A stretch of DNA of 51,000 nt from Prevotella sp. (GTDB lineage Bacteria; Bacteroidota; Bacteroidia; Bacteroidales; Bacteroidaceae). The notes beneath the pieces are model-generated. The model was not told the origin of the DNA, did no database searches, and was given only the letters and a program-made list of their open reading frames with translations. Positions 28,313-37,999 of this stretch are shown here, in pieces. Where the stretch lies: the NCBI GenBank assembly GCA_022774105.1, contig JALFNY010000012.1:1-51000 (forward strand), in the 5' to 3' direction. How positions within the stretch are numbered: position 1 is the first letter of the stretch; every line of letters begins with the position of its first letter. A program made the position numbers and the translations under genes.

Positions 28313-28598
28313 AATGGGCTCGAGCCCAGGTAGCGGTTTGCGCCGATAACCTTAAATCCCGACGGGAAACCTGAATCGCACGCGACTAACTATATCTGAA
28401 ACTATATCAAACATACCCGTAAATCGGGGTTAATATTAACTATCATTGTACCGGGTAACGACAAACAGGACCGTATGTGGGAGTAAGCACCCTTTGCCGC
28501 CTGATTCCCCGCCGGGGGGATAAGGGGCTTTAGTCCTTGTTGCCTGCCGGGAGACGCTGATAAATAAAGATAATAACATAAAAACAAAATCATTAAAC

Positions 28599-31049
28599 AT
28601 GTCAAACATTCTAAAGAATTTACTGAGCTGTGCGCCCAAGGCGGGCAGGCTTGGCATGGGCTCACTCTGCTTGGCATTGGGGTTGGCTTCGTGTTCGGAC
28701 ATGGACGAGTACTTCGAGACCCCCTCGTGGCTTCGGGGTTCCATCTATGAGACGCTGAACAGCGACGGCAACTATTCCATCTTCCTTGCGGGGGCGGAGA
28801 AGGCGGGCTACCGTCCGCTCATGGAGGGCAAGTCCATCGTCACCGTTATGGCTCCCACGGACGAGAAGTTGTCTGCTTACCTGAACCTTCACTACGGCAC
28901 TTCCGACATTAATTCCATTCCCACTGAGGAGTTGCAGAGGCTTATCGGCTTTCACATCCTCTACTACTCCTTCGACAAGAAGAACCTTGTGAACTTCCGC
29001 CCCGCGGAGGGTGACGGAGCGACGGAGGACGAACTGCTGAGCAATGCGGGACTGTACTACAAGTTCCGCACCAAGAGTCAGGACCCCATAACGGTGGAGG
29101 AGGCGGAGATTACAACCACTGACGCCTCGGGGGCTGCCGTGACGGAGAAAAAGAATGTTGACGTGTATCACCTTGAGCGTTACGTGCCGGTGTTCTCATA
29201 CCAGATGTTCCGCACCAAGACCATCAACGCGGCGGAGAACTACAACTACTTCTTCCCCGGAAGGTGGCGCGGCGATGACGGCTTCAACGTGAGCAACGCC
29301 GCCGTTGACGAGTACGGGGTGCCTACAAGCAACGGGTACATCTACCGTGTGGATGATGTCCTGGAGCCGTTGCAGACCATATACACCGAACTGAAGAACC
29401 GCCCGAAGTTCCAAAGGTTCCTCACCATGTACGACCAATACAGCAACTATGTGGCCGACAGTACGCTGACCGCAGACTACGGCAACGGCAAGGAACTGTA
29501 CCAGCATTACCACAACAAGGACTACACGCTTGCGCCGATAGCCTGCGAGTGGCCGGTCACAAACTACAAGCAGGTGGTTGACCTCGCAAGCCGTTCCTAC
29601 TCCGTCTTCGCATTCACCGACGAGGCGTTCGAGTCTTTCTTCAATGACTTCTGGGGACAGGGAGGTTACACAAGCATGGACGACCCGGACCTTGTAGAGC
29701 CGGTGAGAGACCTGTTGCTCAACTCTTACACCACGGAGAGCGTGGCATTCCCGGAGGAGGTGACCAAGGGCCTGGTGCTCAACTACAACATTGACGCAAA
29801 GAACCCCACGCCGATACGCTTCGACCCATATAACGATGTGGAGCAGGAGAACCGTGTGATATGCTCCAACGGCGTGCTCTACGGATGCAGCAAACTCACT
29901 CCTCCGGCAAAGTACAACTCCGTGACAGGCCCGGCATACCAGTACAAGAAGTTCTCCTTCTTCCTCAATATGCTGAACACATCCGGCATGACCAACACCC
30001 TGTCACTGGAATCAGAGAAGTATATCATGCTCTATCCCACCAATGAGCAGATGACGGAGAAAGAGGGTTACGCCTTTGACGAGACCGGAAGGCTCGTGAC
30101 AATAGTGGGCACCACCACCACCACCGTGGGCTCAGCGGTGAAGTCCGCCACCATAAACTCACACGTGGCATCGCCGGATGACGGCAACACCATACTGCCG
30201 CTGACGGGCAAGAAGGTGATACAGGCTTTCACACCCGACATGAAGATTTACTGGTACATAAAGGATGGCAAACTGACAAACTCCATAAAGCACAACGAAC
30301 TGCTGAAATACGCGGAGAACACCACCACCGCGGACGATGTATGGGCATCCTTTGAACTGCTCGGCTACCGCGGCGACCCGGACGGATGGAGCAACGGTCA
30401 TGCCTACCAGTATGACAACCTCGTGTTCCACGGCAACTATGACGCCTCACGATACAAGGACTTCCTCACGCTGATGTGGCAACAGCACCTCGACGAGAGC
30501 ACCGAGTTCTACGGATGGATAAATCTGCTTAACAAGGCGGGACTTGTCACCAATGCCGGCCTGATGCCGCTCATGACAGAGTCCTCACTCATGTTCGTGC
30601 CCACGACCATGGCTGTCGAGCAGGCTATACTCGATGGCAAACTGCCCGGCGTAAGGGCTCTTGACGGCGCGGTGGCAGGCGATGCCGCCTTCTTCAGCAA
30701 CTGCGAGATTACTGATCAGGAAGCCTTGCAGACATACCTGCTGTCATATTTCGTGCCGCTCTCCTCCGCGGTGATGTCCAACTACCCCTATCCCGGATGG
30801 GGAGAGAACACCAAACAGTATGGCGGACTTATCACATTTGACCAGGATGAGGAGCAGTCCGACATAGCCACACGTCTCAACATCTACGATGACGGCACCC
30901 GCCTCAGCGTGACGAGGACACCGATGAGCGGCACCACAGAATCTGCCCCCGTGATGGTCAGCGACACCTACGACACATTCCCATTCATTTTCGAGGACGG
31001 ATGCGTACACTTCATTGAGGATGTGCTGCCACTTGTCAACGGAAAATAA
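28599..31049 (+). CDS. Fasciclin-domain outer-membrane lipoprotein (PUL surface protein)
   Basis: Lipobox LASC; repeated FAS1-like motifs (TVMAPTDE, TSNGYIYRVDDVLEP, CSNGVLY, LMFVPT, GCVHFIEDVL). Confidence 0.78.
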   Translation: MSNILKNLLSCAPKAGRLGMGSLCLALGLASCSDMDEYFETPSWLRGSIYETLNSDGNYSIFLAGAEKAGYRPLMEGKSIVTVMAPTDEKLSAYLNLHYGTSDINSIPTEELQRLIGFHILYYSFDKKNLVNFRPAEGDGATEDELLSNAGLYYKFRTKSQDPITVEEAEITTTDASGAAVTEKKNVDVYHLERYVPVFSYQMFRTKTINAAENYNYFFPGRWRGDDGFNVSNAAVDEYGVPTSNGYIYRVDDVLEPLQTIYTELKNRPKFQRFLTMYDQYSNYVADSTLTADYGNGKELYQHYHNKDYTLAPIACEWPVTNYKQVVDLASRSYSVFAFTDEAFESFFNDFWGQGGYTSMDDPDLVEPVRDLLLNSYTTESVAFPEEVTKGLVLNYNIDAKNPTPIRFDPYNDVEQENRVICSNGVLYGCSKLTPPAKYNSVTGPAYQYKKFSFFLNMLNTSGMTNTLSLESEKYIMLYPTNEQMTEKEGYAFDETGRLVTIVGTTTTTVGSAVKSATINSHVASPDDGNTILPLTGKKVIQAFTPDMKIYWYIKDGKLTNSIKHNELLKYAENTTTADDVWASFELLGYRGDPDGWSNGHAYQYDNLVFHGNYDASRYKDFLTLMWQQHLDESTEFYGWINLLNKAGLVTNAGLMPLMTESSLMFVPTTMAVEQAILDGKLPGVRALDGAVAGDAAFFSNCEITDQEALQTYLLSYFVPLSSAVMSNYPYPGWGENTKQYGGLITFDQDEEQSDIATRLNIYDDGTRLSVTRTPMSGTTESAPVMVSDTYDTFPFIFEDGCVHFIEDVLPLVNGK

Positions 31050-31070
31050 TTCTTTTTACAACATACAACA

Positions 31071-34000
31071 ATGAAGAAATACATATATATATTATTGCTG
31101 TCTCTCCTCACAGCACTGCCCTCGGTGGCTCAGGACTTCCTCACCGGTACTGTAACAGAGACGATAGGAGGGATGGACGAACCGTGTATAGGTGTCAACG
31201 TCACGTTTGTCAACGCCCAGAACCGTATCGTGGTGGGTACAGTGACAGACCTCTCAGGCATGTACTCGCTGAAAATACCTGCCAACGCGGACAAACTGAC
31301 ACTGCAGTTCTCATACATCGGCATGAAGACGCAGAAGATAAAATATACCGGACAGAAGCAACTGGACGTGAAACTGGAGGCTGACAACCAGCAGACACAG
31401 TTGCAGGAAGTGCAGGTCAAAGGCTCACGCGGAGGAAGGAACGACATGGGTGTCGGCGTGCGTGAGCAGGCATTCGCCACACAGAAGATAAACCTCGGAC
31501 AGATACTTGAATCCGCTCCCGTCACATCCGTGGAGGAAGCACTGCAAGGACAGTTGGGAGGTGTGGACATAATAGCCGGCGGAGACCCAGGCGCAAAGAG
31601 CAACATACGCATACGAGGCACCGCCACCCTCAACTCAAACTCTGACCCGCTGATAGTCATTGACGGCGTGCCGTACTCAACAGACATTGACGATTCCTTC
31701 GACTTCAACACCGCAAGCCAGGAGGACTTCGCACAGATGCTGTCGCTGAACCCTAACGACATAGAGAGCATCGAGGTGCTCAAAGATGCCGCGTCCACCG
31801 CAATCTATGGCACAAAGGGCGCAAACGGCGTGCTACTCATAACAAAAAAGAAGGGAGCCCGCTCCAAAACACGCTTCACCTTCTCCACAAAGAACTCCAT
31901 AAAGATAGAGCCTGAGTCAATGCCCATGCTCTCCGGCAACGACTATGTGGCCTACATACAGGACGCTATATGGAACTCCGCCAACGCACAGGGACTCAAC
32001 CATTCAGGCAGTCTGCTGGAATATCTCTTCAATACACCGGAGATTGGCTACAACCAGGACTGGCGTTATTTCGACGAATACAACCAAAACACCGACTGGC
32101 TGTCATACGTCAAGCAGAATGCATTTACCACTGACAACACGTTCTCAATGTCCGGCGGCGGCGAAAAGGCCAACTACCGCTTCTCATTAGGCTACATGAA
32201 CGAGGGCGGAACCACCAAGGGCACATCCCTCGGACGCCTGTCCACATCGCTGAACGTGGGCTATAACTTCTCCGAGAAGTTGCACGTGGAGGCGGAATAC
32301 TCCTATACCGACACGGAAAAAGACTCCCCTTACACCGACAACGTGCGTGCGGCAGCGCTGGTAAAGGCGCCGAACAAGTCTCCTTATTATATAAAGGACG
32401 GTCAGATGACCGGCACGTACTTCACCCGGCAGAACAAAGACGAGTTCCAGGGAGCATACCGTGGCACGAGCCGCATCAGCAACTCTGCCTACAACTATCA
32501 CCCCATCATCATGGCGGAGGATTCATATAAGGAACTGTCCATAAAGGAACAGAAGATGACAGTGCGCGCACGGTGGTACATTCTGCCGGAGATTCTGACC
32601 TACAACGGCTATGTCTCAATGAAGTTCAACACACAGAAGACCGACACATGGCTTCCGCAGTCTGCCACAGGACTTGACTATGGACTGCTGGAGACACAGG
32701 GCAGCAACTACACCTACATCGACCAGGCGGGTGAGATGTACTCCAACAACTTCTCCTTGCAGACAGAGAACAAACTAATGTTGCGCAAGAACTGGAACGA
32801 CATACACAACCTTATCGTGACAGGACTGTGGTACACCTCGCAGAGCCGCGCCTCCACATGGTCGGCATACCGCTGCGGCGTAGGCTCATACTATCTCTCC
32901 GACGTTTCCGCCGGCAACGGATACCTGTATAAGGAAGGCTCATCCAAGTCAGAGGTGACCTCACTTTCCGCACGCGGCTCAATAGCCTACACCTTCCTTA
33001 ACCGCTATACCATCAACGGAACGTTCAACTATGAGGGCAAATCATCCCTTGGCAAGGACAACCGCTGGGGCTTCTTCCCGTCCGTGGGCGTGTCATGGCA
33101 GTTGCAGGACGAGCCTTTCATGAAGGCATGGAAGGACGAGTTCCTCACCCAGTGGAAGGTGCGCGCGTCATGGGGTATGTCCGGTAACGCCCCGGGTGGC
33201 ACCTCACCATACGTTGGCACATACGCATCGCAGGGCAATTACATTGACGGCGCGGCAATATCCGCCAACACCATGCAGTTGAACAAGCTGAAGTGGGAGA
33301 CCTCAAGGGAGATAGACTTCGGTACGGACATCAATGTCTGGGACGGAAAACTTACCTTTACCTTCGATTATTACCGCAAGGACACGAAGGATCTCTTGCA
33401 GAAAAACATCACAATACCATCCACAACGGGTTACCCCTCTGCCAAGATGGCTTACTACAACTCCGGAAAACTGCGCAACGAGGGTTGGGAAGCGCGTGTG
33501 GACTGGAAGGCTTACCATGACAAGAAGTGGGATCTGGCAGTGAACTTCAACATCTCCAACAACAAGAACACCATTGTTGAACTGCCTGAGAACATTGCCG
33601 AGGAGCAGTTCTCGTTGAGGAACGGTTCCGACAACTATGCCCAGAAACTCATTGCCGGCACATCAGTCGGTTCATTCTTCGGATTCAAGTACAAGGGAGT
33701 TTACCAGAACACGCAGGACACTTACGCACGTGACGCCGAGGGCAACGTGATGTATGACCTCCTGGGTCAGCCCATCGTGATGAAGAACGGCACCTACACC
33801 TGCTATCCGGGCGATGCCAGTTACGAGGACATCAACCATGACGGCGTGATAGACAAGAACGACCTTGTGTATCTCGGAAACTCCAACCCGACGCTTTCCG
33901 GTGGCGGTGGCTTCACGTTGAAGTACGACCGCTTCGCCCTTACCGTCTTCATGCACTACCGTCTTGGGCAGAAAATCATCAATGCGGCGCGCATGGACGC

Positions 34001-34382
34001 TGAGGGTATGTACAATGCCAACAACCAGTCCACCGCTGTTCTTGGTCGCTGGCGCAACGAGGGCGACCAGACAGACATCCCCCGCGCGCTGTGGAACTAC
34101 GGTCTCAACCAGTTAGGCTCTGACAGGTACGTGGAGGACTGCTCCTTCCTGCGTTTCAAGACCATATCACTCAGTTATAACCTTCCAAAGAAGTTCTGCC
34201 AGAACATCGGCTTTACCTCGGCTAACGTGTTCATAACCGGCTACGACCTCTTCACCATAACCGACTATACCGGTATGGACCCGGAGGTGAGCCTGCCCTC
34301 AAGTGTCACCGCCATTGCCAAGGACAATGCCCAGACACCGCGAAGCAAGCGCTTCTCAATGGGTATAACCGTAAACTTCTAA
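31071..34382 (+). CDS. SusC/RagA-family TonB-dependent outer-membrane transporter
   Basis: Signal peptide; FSYIG N-terminal domain; plug motifs IRIRG, PLIVIDGVP, DIESIEVLKDAASTAIYGTKGANGV; LKWETS; terminal Phe. Confidence 0.95.
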   Translation: MKKYIYILLLSLLTALPSVAQDFLTGTVTETIGGMDEPCIGVNVTFVNAQNRIVVGTVTDLSGMYSLKIPANADKLTLQFSYIGMKTQKIKYTGQKQLDVKLEADNQQTQLQEVQVKGSRGGRNDMGVGVREQAFATQKINLGQILESAPVTSVEEALQGQLGGVDIIAGGDPGAKSNIRIRGTATLNSNSDPLIVIDGVPYSTDIDDSFDFNTASQEDFAQMLSLNPNDIESIEVLKDAASTAIYGTKGANGVLLITKKKGARSKTRFTFSTKNSIKIEPESMPMLSGNDYVAYIQDAIWNSANAQGLNHSGSLLEYLFNTPEIGYNQDWRYFDEYNQNTDWLSYVKQNAFTTDNTFSMSGGGEKANYRFSLGYMNEGGTTKGTSLGRLSTSLNVGYNFSEKLHVEAEYSYTDTEKDSPYTDNVRAAALVKAPNKSPYYIKDGQMTGTYFTRQNKDEFQGAYRGTSRISNSAYNYHPIIMAEDSYKELSIKEQKMTVRARWYILPEILTYNGYVSMKFNTQKTDTWLPQSATGLDYGLLETQGSNYTYIDQAGEMYSNNFSLQTENKLMLRKNWNDIHNLIVTGLWYTSQSRASTWSAYRCGVGSYYLSDVSAGNGYLYKEGSSKSEVTSLSARGSIAYTFLNRYTINGTFNYEGKSSLGKDNRWGFFPSVGVSWQLQDEPFMKAWKDEFLTQWKVRASWGMSGNAPGGTSPYVGTYASQGNYIDGAAISANTMQLNKLKWETSREIDFGTDINVWDGKLTFTFDYYRKDTKDLLQKNITIPSTTGYPSAKMAYYNSGKLRNEGWEARVDWKAYHDKKWDLAVNFNISNNKNTIVELPENIAEEQFSLRNGSDNYAQKLIAGTSVGSFFGFKYKGVYQNTQDTYARDAEGNVMYDLLGQPIVMKNGTYTCYPGDASYEDINHDGVIDKNDLVYLGNSNPTLSGGGGFTLKYDRFALTVFMHYRLGQKIINAARMDAEGMYNANNQSTAVLGRWRNEGDQTDIPRALWNYGLNQLGSDRYVEDCSFLRFKTISLSYNLPKKFCQNIGFTSANVFITGYDLFTITDYTGMDPEVSLPSSVTAIAKDNAQTPRSKRFSMGITVNF

Positions 34383-34418
34383 GATCTTGCTGTATTATAG
34401 ATTTAAGGACAAGAAAAC

Positions 34419-35996
34419 ATGAAAAGAATCAAGTCAACAATATTCTCCATCGCTCTCATGGCCCTGACTCCCGTCGCTCTCACGGGTTGCGGCGATTATC
34501 TTGAGATAATTCCGGAGAACAATCTCGCGGTGGATAACTTCTGGGCATCGAAGTCTGACGTTGCCTCCGCGCTCAATTCCGGCTACTATTACCTCCGCGC
34601 GACCGTTGAGGACAAGCTCATCCCCTGGGGAGAGCAGCGTGCCGGCGTGATATACGGCAGGAACGTGGGCACCAATGTGTTGCAGAACTTCCAGCTTAAG
34701 CCTACCAGCAGCATCTGCTCATGGGCTGACATGTACAAAATCATCAACCAGGCCAACCTCGTGTTGCAGAACGCCACCAAGGCTCAGGGCAACGACCCCA
34801 CATACACCAACGAGGAGGTTAACTCACATTACTGCGAGGCTTACTTCCTGCGTGCCCTGGCATACTTCTACATCGTGCGCAACTGGCGTGACGCCCCGTT
34901 GATTACCATACCCTACGAGACCGACGAAACGCCGCTGCAGATAGAGAAATCACCCGAGTCAGTGCTTGTGGCACAGATTCAGTCTGACCTCAGCACCGCC
35001 ATGTCACTGGGTGCCGCCAAGGACAACTGGGACACCACGTGGGAGACGAAGGGAAAGGCGACGAAGTGGTCTATCTACGCCCTCATGGCCGATGTCTGCC
35101 TGTGGAACAAGCAGTTTGACGAGGCTATAAAGTATTGCGACATGATACTTGAGGACAAGTCAGGCAACGCTCCGGCACTGATAACGGCTCCGCGGACCCA
35201 CTCCGGATGGTTCGCCATCTTCAATCCCGGCAACAGTAAGGAGTCTATCTTCGAGATACAGTGGAACCAGGAGAAGGTGGATGGCTCCGGCACGCAGCAG
35301 AACACGCTCTATGACAAGTTCTCAAGCAGTGTCACCGGCACGTACTACATCTCCCAACTGGCTCTTTCTGAGTTCAATGAGGACTACGAGTACCAGCGTG
35401 TCACCTACCGTGTGTTTGCCGACCCCGAGGCTGCCTGCCGCACGCTGCACGGCTCATACAACGGCAACGAGGGCCTGGTGTGGAAATACATCGGCGGCTC
35501 TTCACTCCTTGAGGAGCGCACCTCCGCGGCCCGCGACGTGAACTTCATCATCTATCGCGTGGCGGAGATAATGCTCATCAAGGCTGAGGCACTCGTCATG
35601 CGCGGCAACGGACTTGTGCCGGCGGACAACATGGCGGCCATTTCCCTGATAAACCGCATACGCGAGCGCAGCAACTGCGAGACCATAGTCTCCGACGGCA
35701 CCGACGGCCTCACCACCATGATGGACTACATCGTCAGGGAGCGCGTGATGGAACTGCTTGCCGAGGGCAAGATATGGTATGACATGCTACGCATCTCACG
35801 CTACACCGGCATTGAGGGATTCGACGGCAAGTCATACGCCACGGGCAAGGTGGTGGCTTACAGCGCGACCAACCAGAACGCCAAAGAGTCATGGATAAAG
35901 AGCGTGCTGCTGAACGAGAACGCGTGGTTCCTGCCGGTGTATGAGGCCGAGATAAAGAACAACGGCAAACTGGTGCAGAACCCTTATTATCAGTAA
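34419..35996 (+). CDS. SusD/RagB-family lipoprotein
   Basis: Lipobox LTGC; EAYFLRALAYFYIVR, IYRVAEIMLIKAEA, ERVMELLAEG..WYDMLR, LVQNPYY. Confidence 0.93.
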   Translation: MKRIKSTIFSIALMALTPVALTGCGDYLEIIPENNLAVDNFWASKSDVASALNSGYYYLRATVEDKLIPWGEQRAGVIYGRNVGTNVLQNFQLKPTSSICSWADMYKIINQANLVLQNATKAQGNDPTYTNEEVNSHYCEAYFLRALAYFYIVRNWRDAPLITIPYETDETPLQIEKSPESVLVAQIQSDLSTAMSLGAAKDNWDTTWETKGKATKWSIYALMADVCLWNKQFDEAIKYCDMILEDKSGNAPALITAPRTHSGWFAIFNPGNSKESIFEIQWNQEKVDGSGTQQNTLYDKFSSSVTGTYYISQLALSEFNEDYEYQRVTYRVFADPEAACRTLHGSYNGNEGLVWKYIGGSSLLEERTSAARDVNFIIYRVAEIMLIKAEALVMRGNGLVPADNMAAISLINRIRERSNCETIVSDGTDGLTTMMDYIVRERVMELLAEGKIWYDMLRISRYTGIEGFDGKSYATGKVVAYSATNQNAKESWIKSVLLNENAWFLPVYEAEIKNNGKLVQNPYYQ

Positions 35997-36049
35997 AGCG
36001 AACGACAAACAGGCAGGTGACGGCCCGGTCATGGCGCGGCGGAAAACAA

Positions 36050-36120
36050 AAGAGCACTTTTCACAGTGTAACCAGCACCCTTTCACGGTGTGAACAGCAC
36101 CTCCCCACAGGGTGAAAGCA
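36050..36120 (+). repeat. 21-22-bp tandem array (3-4 units) inside the SusC/D module
   Basis: AGCA(C) at 36053, 36074, 36096, 36117; unit about CAGCACCCTTTCACGGTGTGAA. Confidence 0.75.
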
Positions 36121-36195
36121 TACAGATTACCGCGGGGCGGAAGCCCGTCCGCCTTTGCCCGGACAACACCAATCCACAATTCAGAATACAAAGTC

Positions 36196-37986
36196 ATGAA
36201 GAATATAGTAAGAATGCTAATGCTGTCGGCAACAGTGCTCCTCGCAGCCTGCTCCGACCCCAACGAAGGCGAGTTGTTCGTCACACCCACAGAGAACAGG
36301 GCCGAGATGTCCATAGTTGACGCCATGGAGACGGATGTATATAACGGACAGTTCTCAGAGTGGATAAAACTGCTCCGCGCCACAAACTATTACAACGCCC
36401 TGAAGAGCGCGTCAGCCACCGCCACGGTGTTCTCGCCCACCAACGAGGCCATGTCAAAGTTCCTCAACAGCAGGGGACTGGCAAGCGTGGAGGAACTGGT
36501 GGCGCAGGACTCCGCATACGCCAAGGCCGTGGTGCGGGAGCACATCATCTCCGGCTCCAAGTACTTCGACAACCAGATTGACGTGTATGCCAAGGAGAAG
36601 GCATACATACCGGAGCGCAACCTCTTCGGAGAGTACCTCTACCTGAGTTACGGCTATCTGGAAACCGACATGGACGACGCCCTGCGCCCCACCGACTACC
36701 AGATGACAGACTCCATATACATCAACAGCCAGGCACGTATCGGCCGTTTCGAGGCTGACAGCTGCCTCAACGGAGTGCTCTACGTCATGGCGGATGTCAT
36801 AAAGCCTCTCGCCGAGACAATAAGCCAGAAACTGAAGGCTGACCGCGACTACACCATCTTCGCACAGGCCCTTGAGGAGAGCGGATATGACAGTATAGCC
36901 AACAAGTTCCAGGACACCACATGGGTGCAGGGAGGCAAATACGTAGTCAACACATACCGCTACACCTGCTTCGCGGTGCCTGACGAGGTATATACGGCAA
37001 ACGGCATAACCTCCGTGAGCGACCTGACGAACTACATCATGGCCAACTGCGCCGACGGGGAGACAGACACCCGCAAGGCTCTCAACAACTACATACAGTA
37101 CCACTTCCTCACACGTGACTACACAACAGCGGAGATATTCAACTTCCTTGGCGACGAGGAGGTGCTCGTATATCCCGTGAAACTGGAGGGACAGTCCATC
37201 ATTGCCAACAGGACAACGGCAGGAAAGGTGATAAACAACAACGTGCCCATACTGCGCTCAGACATAAAGGCATGCAACGGATACATACACAAGGTGGGCG
37301 GGATAATGCCTATATACCACCCAGACCCGATAAACATGAAGTGGGACTTCCTCAACAGCGCGGACCTTATATCCATCGTCAACGACTATGGCGCGTGGAA
37401 AGGCCTGGGCAACCTGTTCAGCGCACCTATCACAACCACCAACGAGAAGTATGACTTCACGGGCAACGTGACATACAGCGGCGTCACCTTCGCCGAGCCG
37501 ACATCGTTCACCTACAACGCGAACGAGACAAAGGCAAGCCGCTCCACATACCACGTGGTGGGATTCTACAAGGACTTCCTCACCAGCGACAAGCCGTCAT
37601 ACAACGCTTACATGGACAACTACCTGTGCCTCAACCTTGGTTTCGGAGGATGGGTGGAGTTCACCACGCCAAGCATCATATCCGGAAAATACAAGATAGT
37701 GCTGCACTACCTCACCGACGTGGCCAACCAGAAAACACTGTACGCCAGCGGGTCAAGCACCCGTTTCCAGATGGATGACGACATAGTGACACGCCTGCTT
37801 TACAAGGGCATAACCTACACGCGAGCCGACAAGTTCCTCTCCGCGGAGATAACGCTGTGGGACAGCAAGGAGTTCACGGAGACCTCCTCACACACCTTCC
37901 GCATCACCATGCGCGATGTACAGGCAAAGACCAGCGGCACATACCACCAATACCTTGACTACATAGAGTTCATACCACTCGACTAA
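36196..37986 (+). CDS. Fasciclin-domain lipoprotein (DUF5108-like), putative surface glycan-binding protein
   Basis: ATG 36196 gives a signal peptide with lipobox LAAC; TVFSPTNEA, LNGVLYVMADVIKP, YTCFAVPD, ACNGYIHKV; C-terminal CBM-like LDYIEFIP. Confidence 0.78.
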   Translation: MKNIVRMLMLSATVLLAACSDPNEGELFVTPTENRAEMSIVDAMETDVYNGQFSEWIKLLRATNYYNALKSASATATVFSPTNEAMSKFLNSRGLASVEELVAQDSAYAKAVVREHIISGSKYFDNQIDVYAKEKAYIPERNLFGEYLYLSYGYLETDMDDALRPTDYQMTDSIYINSQARIGRFEADSCLNGVLYVMADVIKPLAETISQKLKADRDYTIFAQALEESGYDSIANKFQDTTWVQGGKYVVNTYRYTCFAVPDEVYTANGITSVSDLTNYIMANCADGETDTRKALNNYIQYHFLTRDYTTAEIFNFLGDEEVLVYPVKLEGQSIIANRTTAGKVINNNVPILRSDIKACNGYIHKVGGIMPIYHPDPINMKWDFLNSADLISIVNDYGAWKGLGNLFSAPITTTNEKYDFTGNVTYSGVTFAEPTSFTYNANETKASRSTYHVVGFYKDFLTSDKPSYNAYMDNYLCLNLGFGGWVEFTTPSIISGKYKIVLHYLTDVANQKTLYASGSSTRFQMDDDIVTRLLYKGITYTRADKFLSAEITLWDSKEFTETSSHTFRITMRDVQAKTSGTYHQYLDYIEFIPLD

Positions 37987-37999
37987 ACACTATCACGAT

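Noticed and set aside
28310-28598. Group I/II intron or stop-codon read-through rescuing the susC stub
   Set aside because: No GUGYG 5' end or domain V hairpin recognised, and no downstream exon continuing the SusC sequence; the next susC has its own start and signal peptide.
36112-36195. N-terminal extension of the 624-aa ORF (likewise the extensions of sdhC from 12464 and mnmG from 12194)
   Set aside because: The upstream GTG/TTG starts fall in repeat or promoter sequence; downstream ATGs give proper signal peptides or family-typical N-termini.
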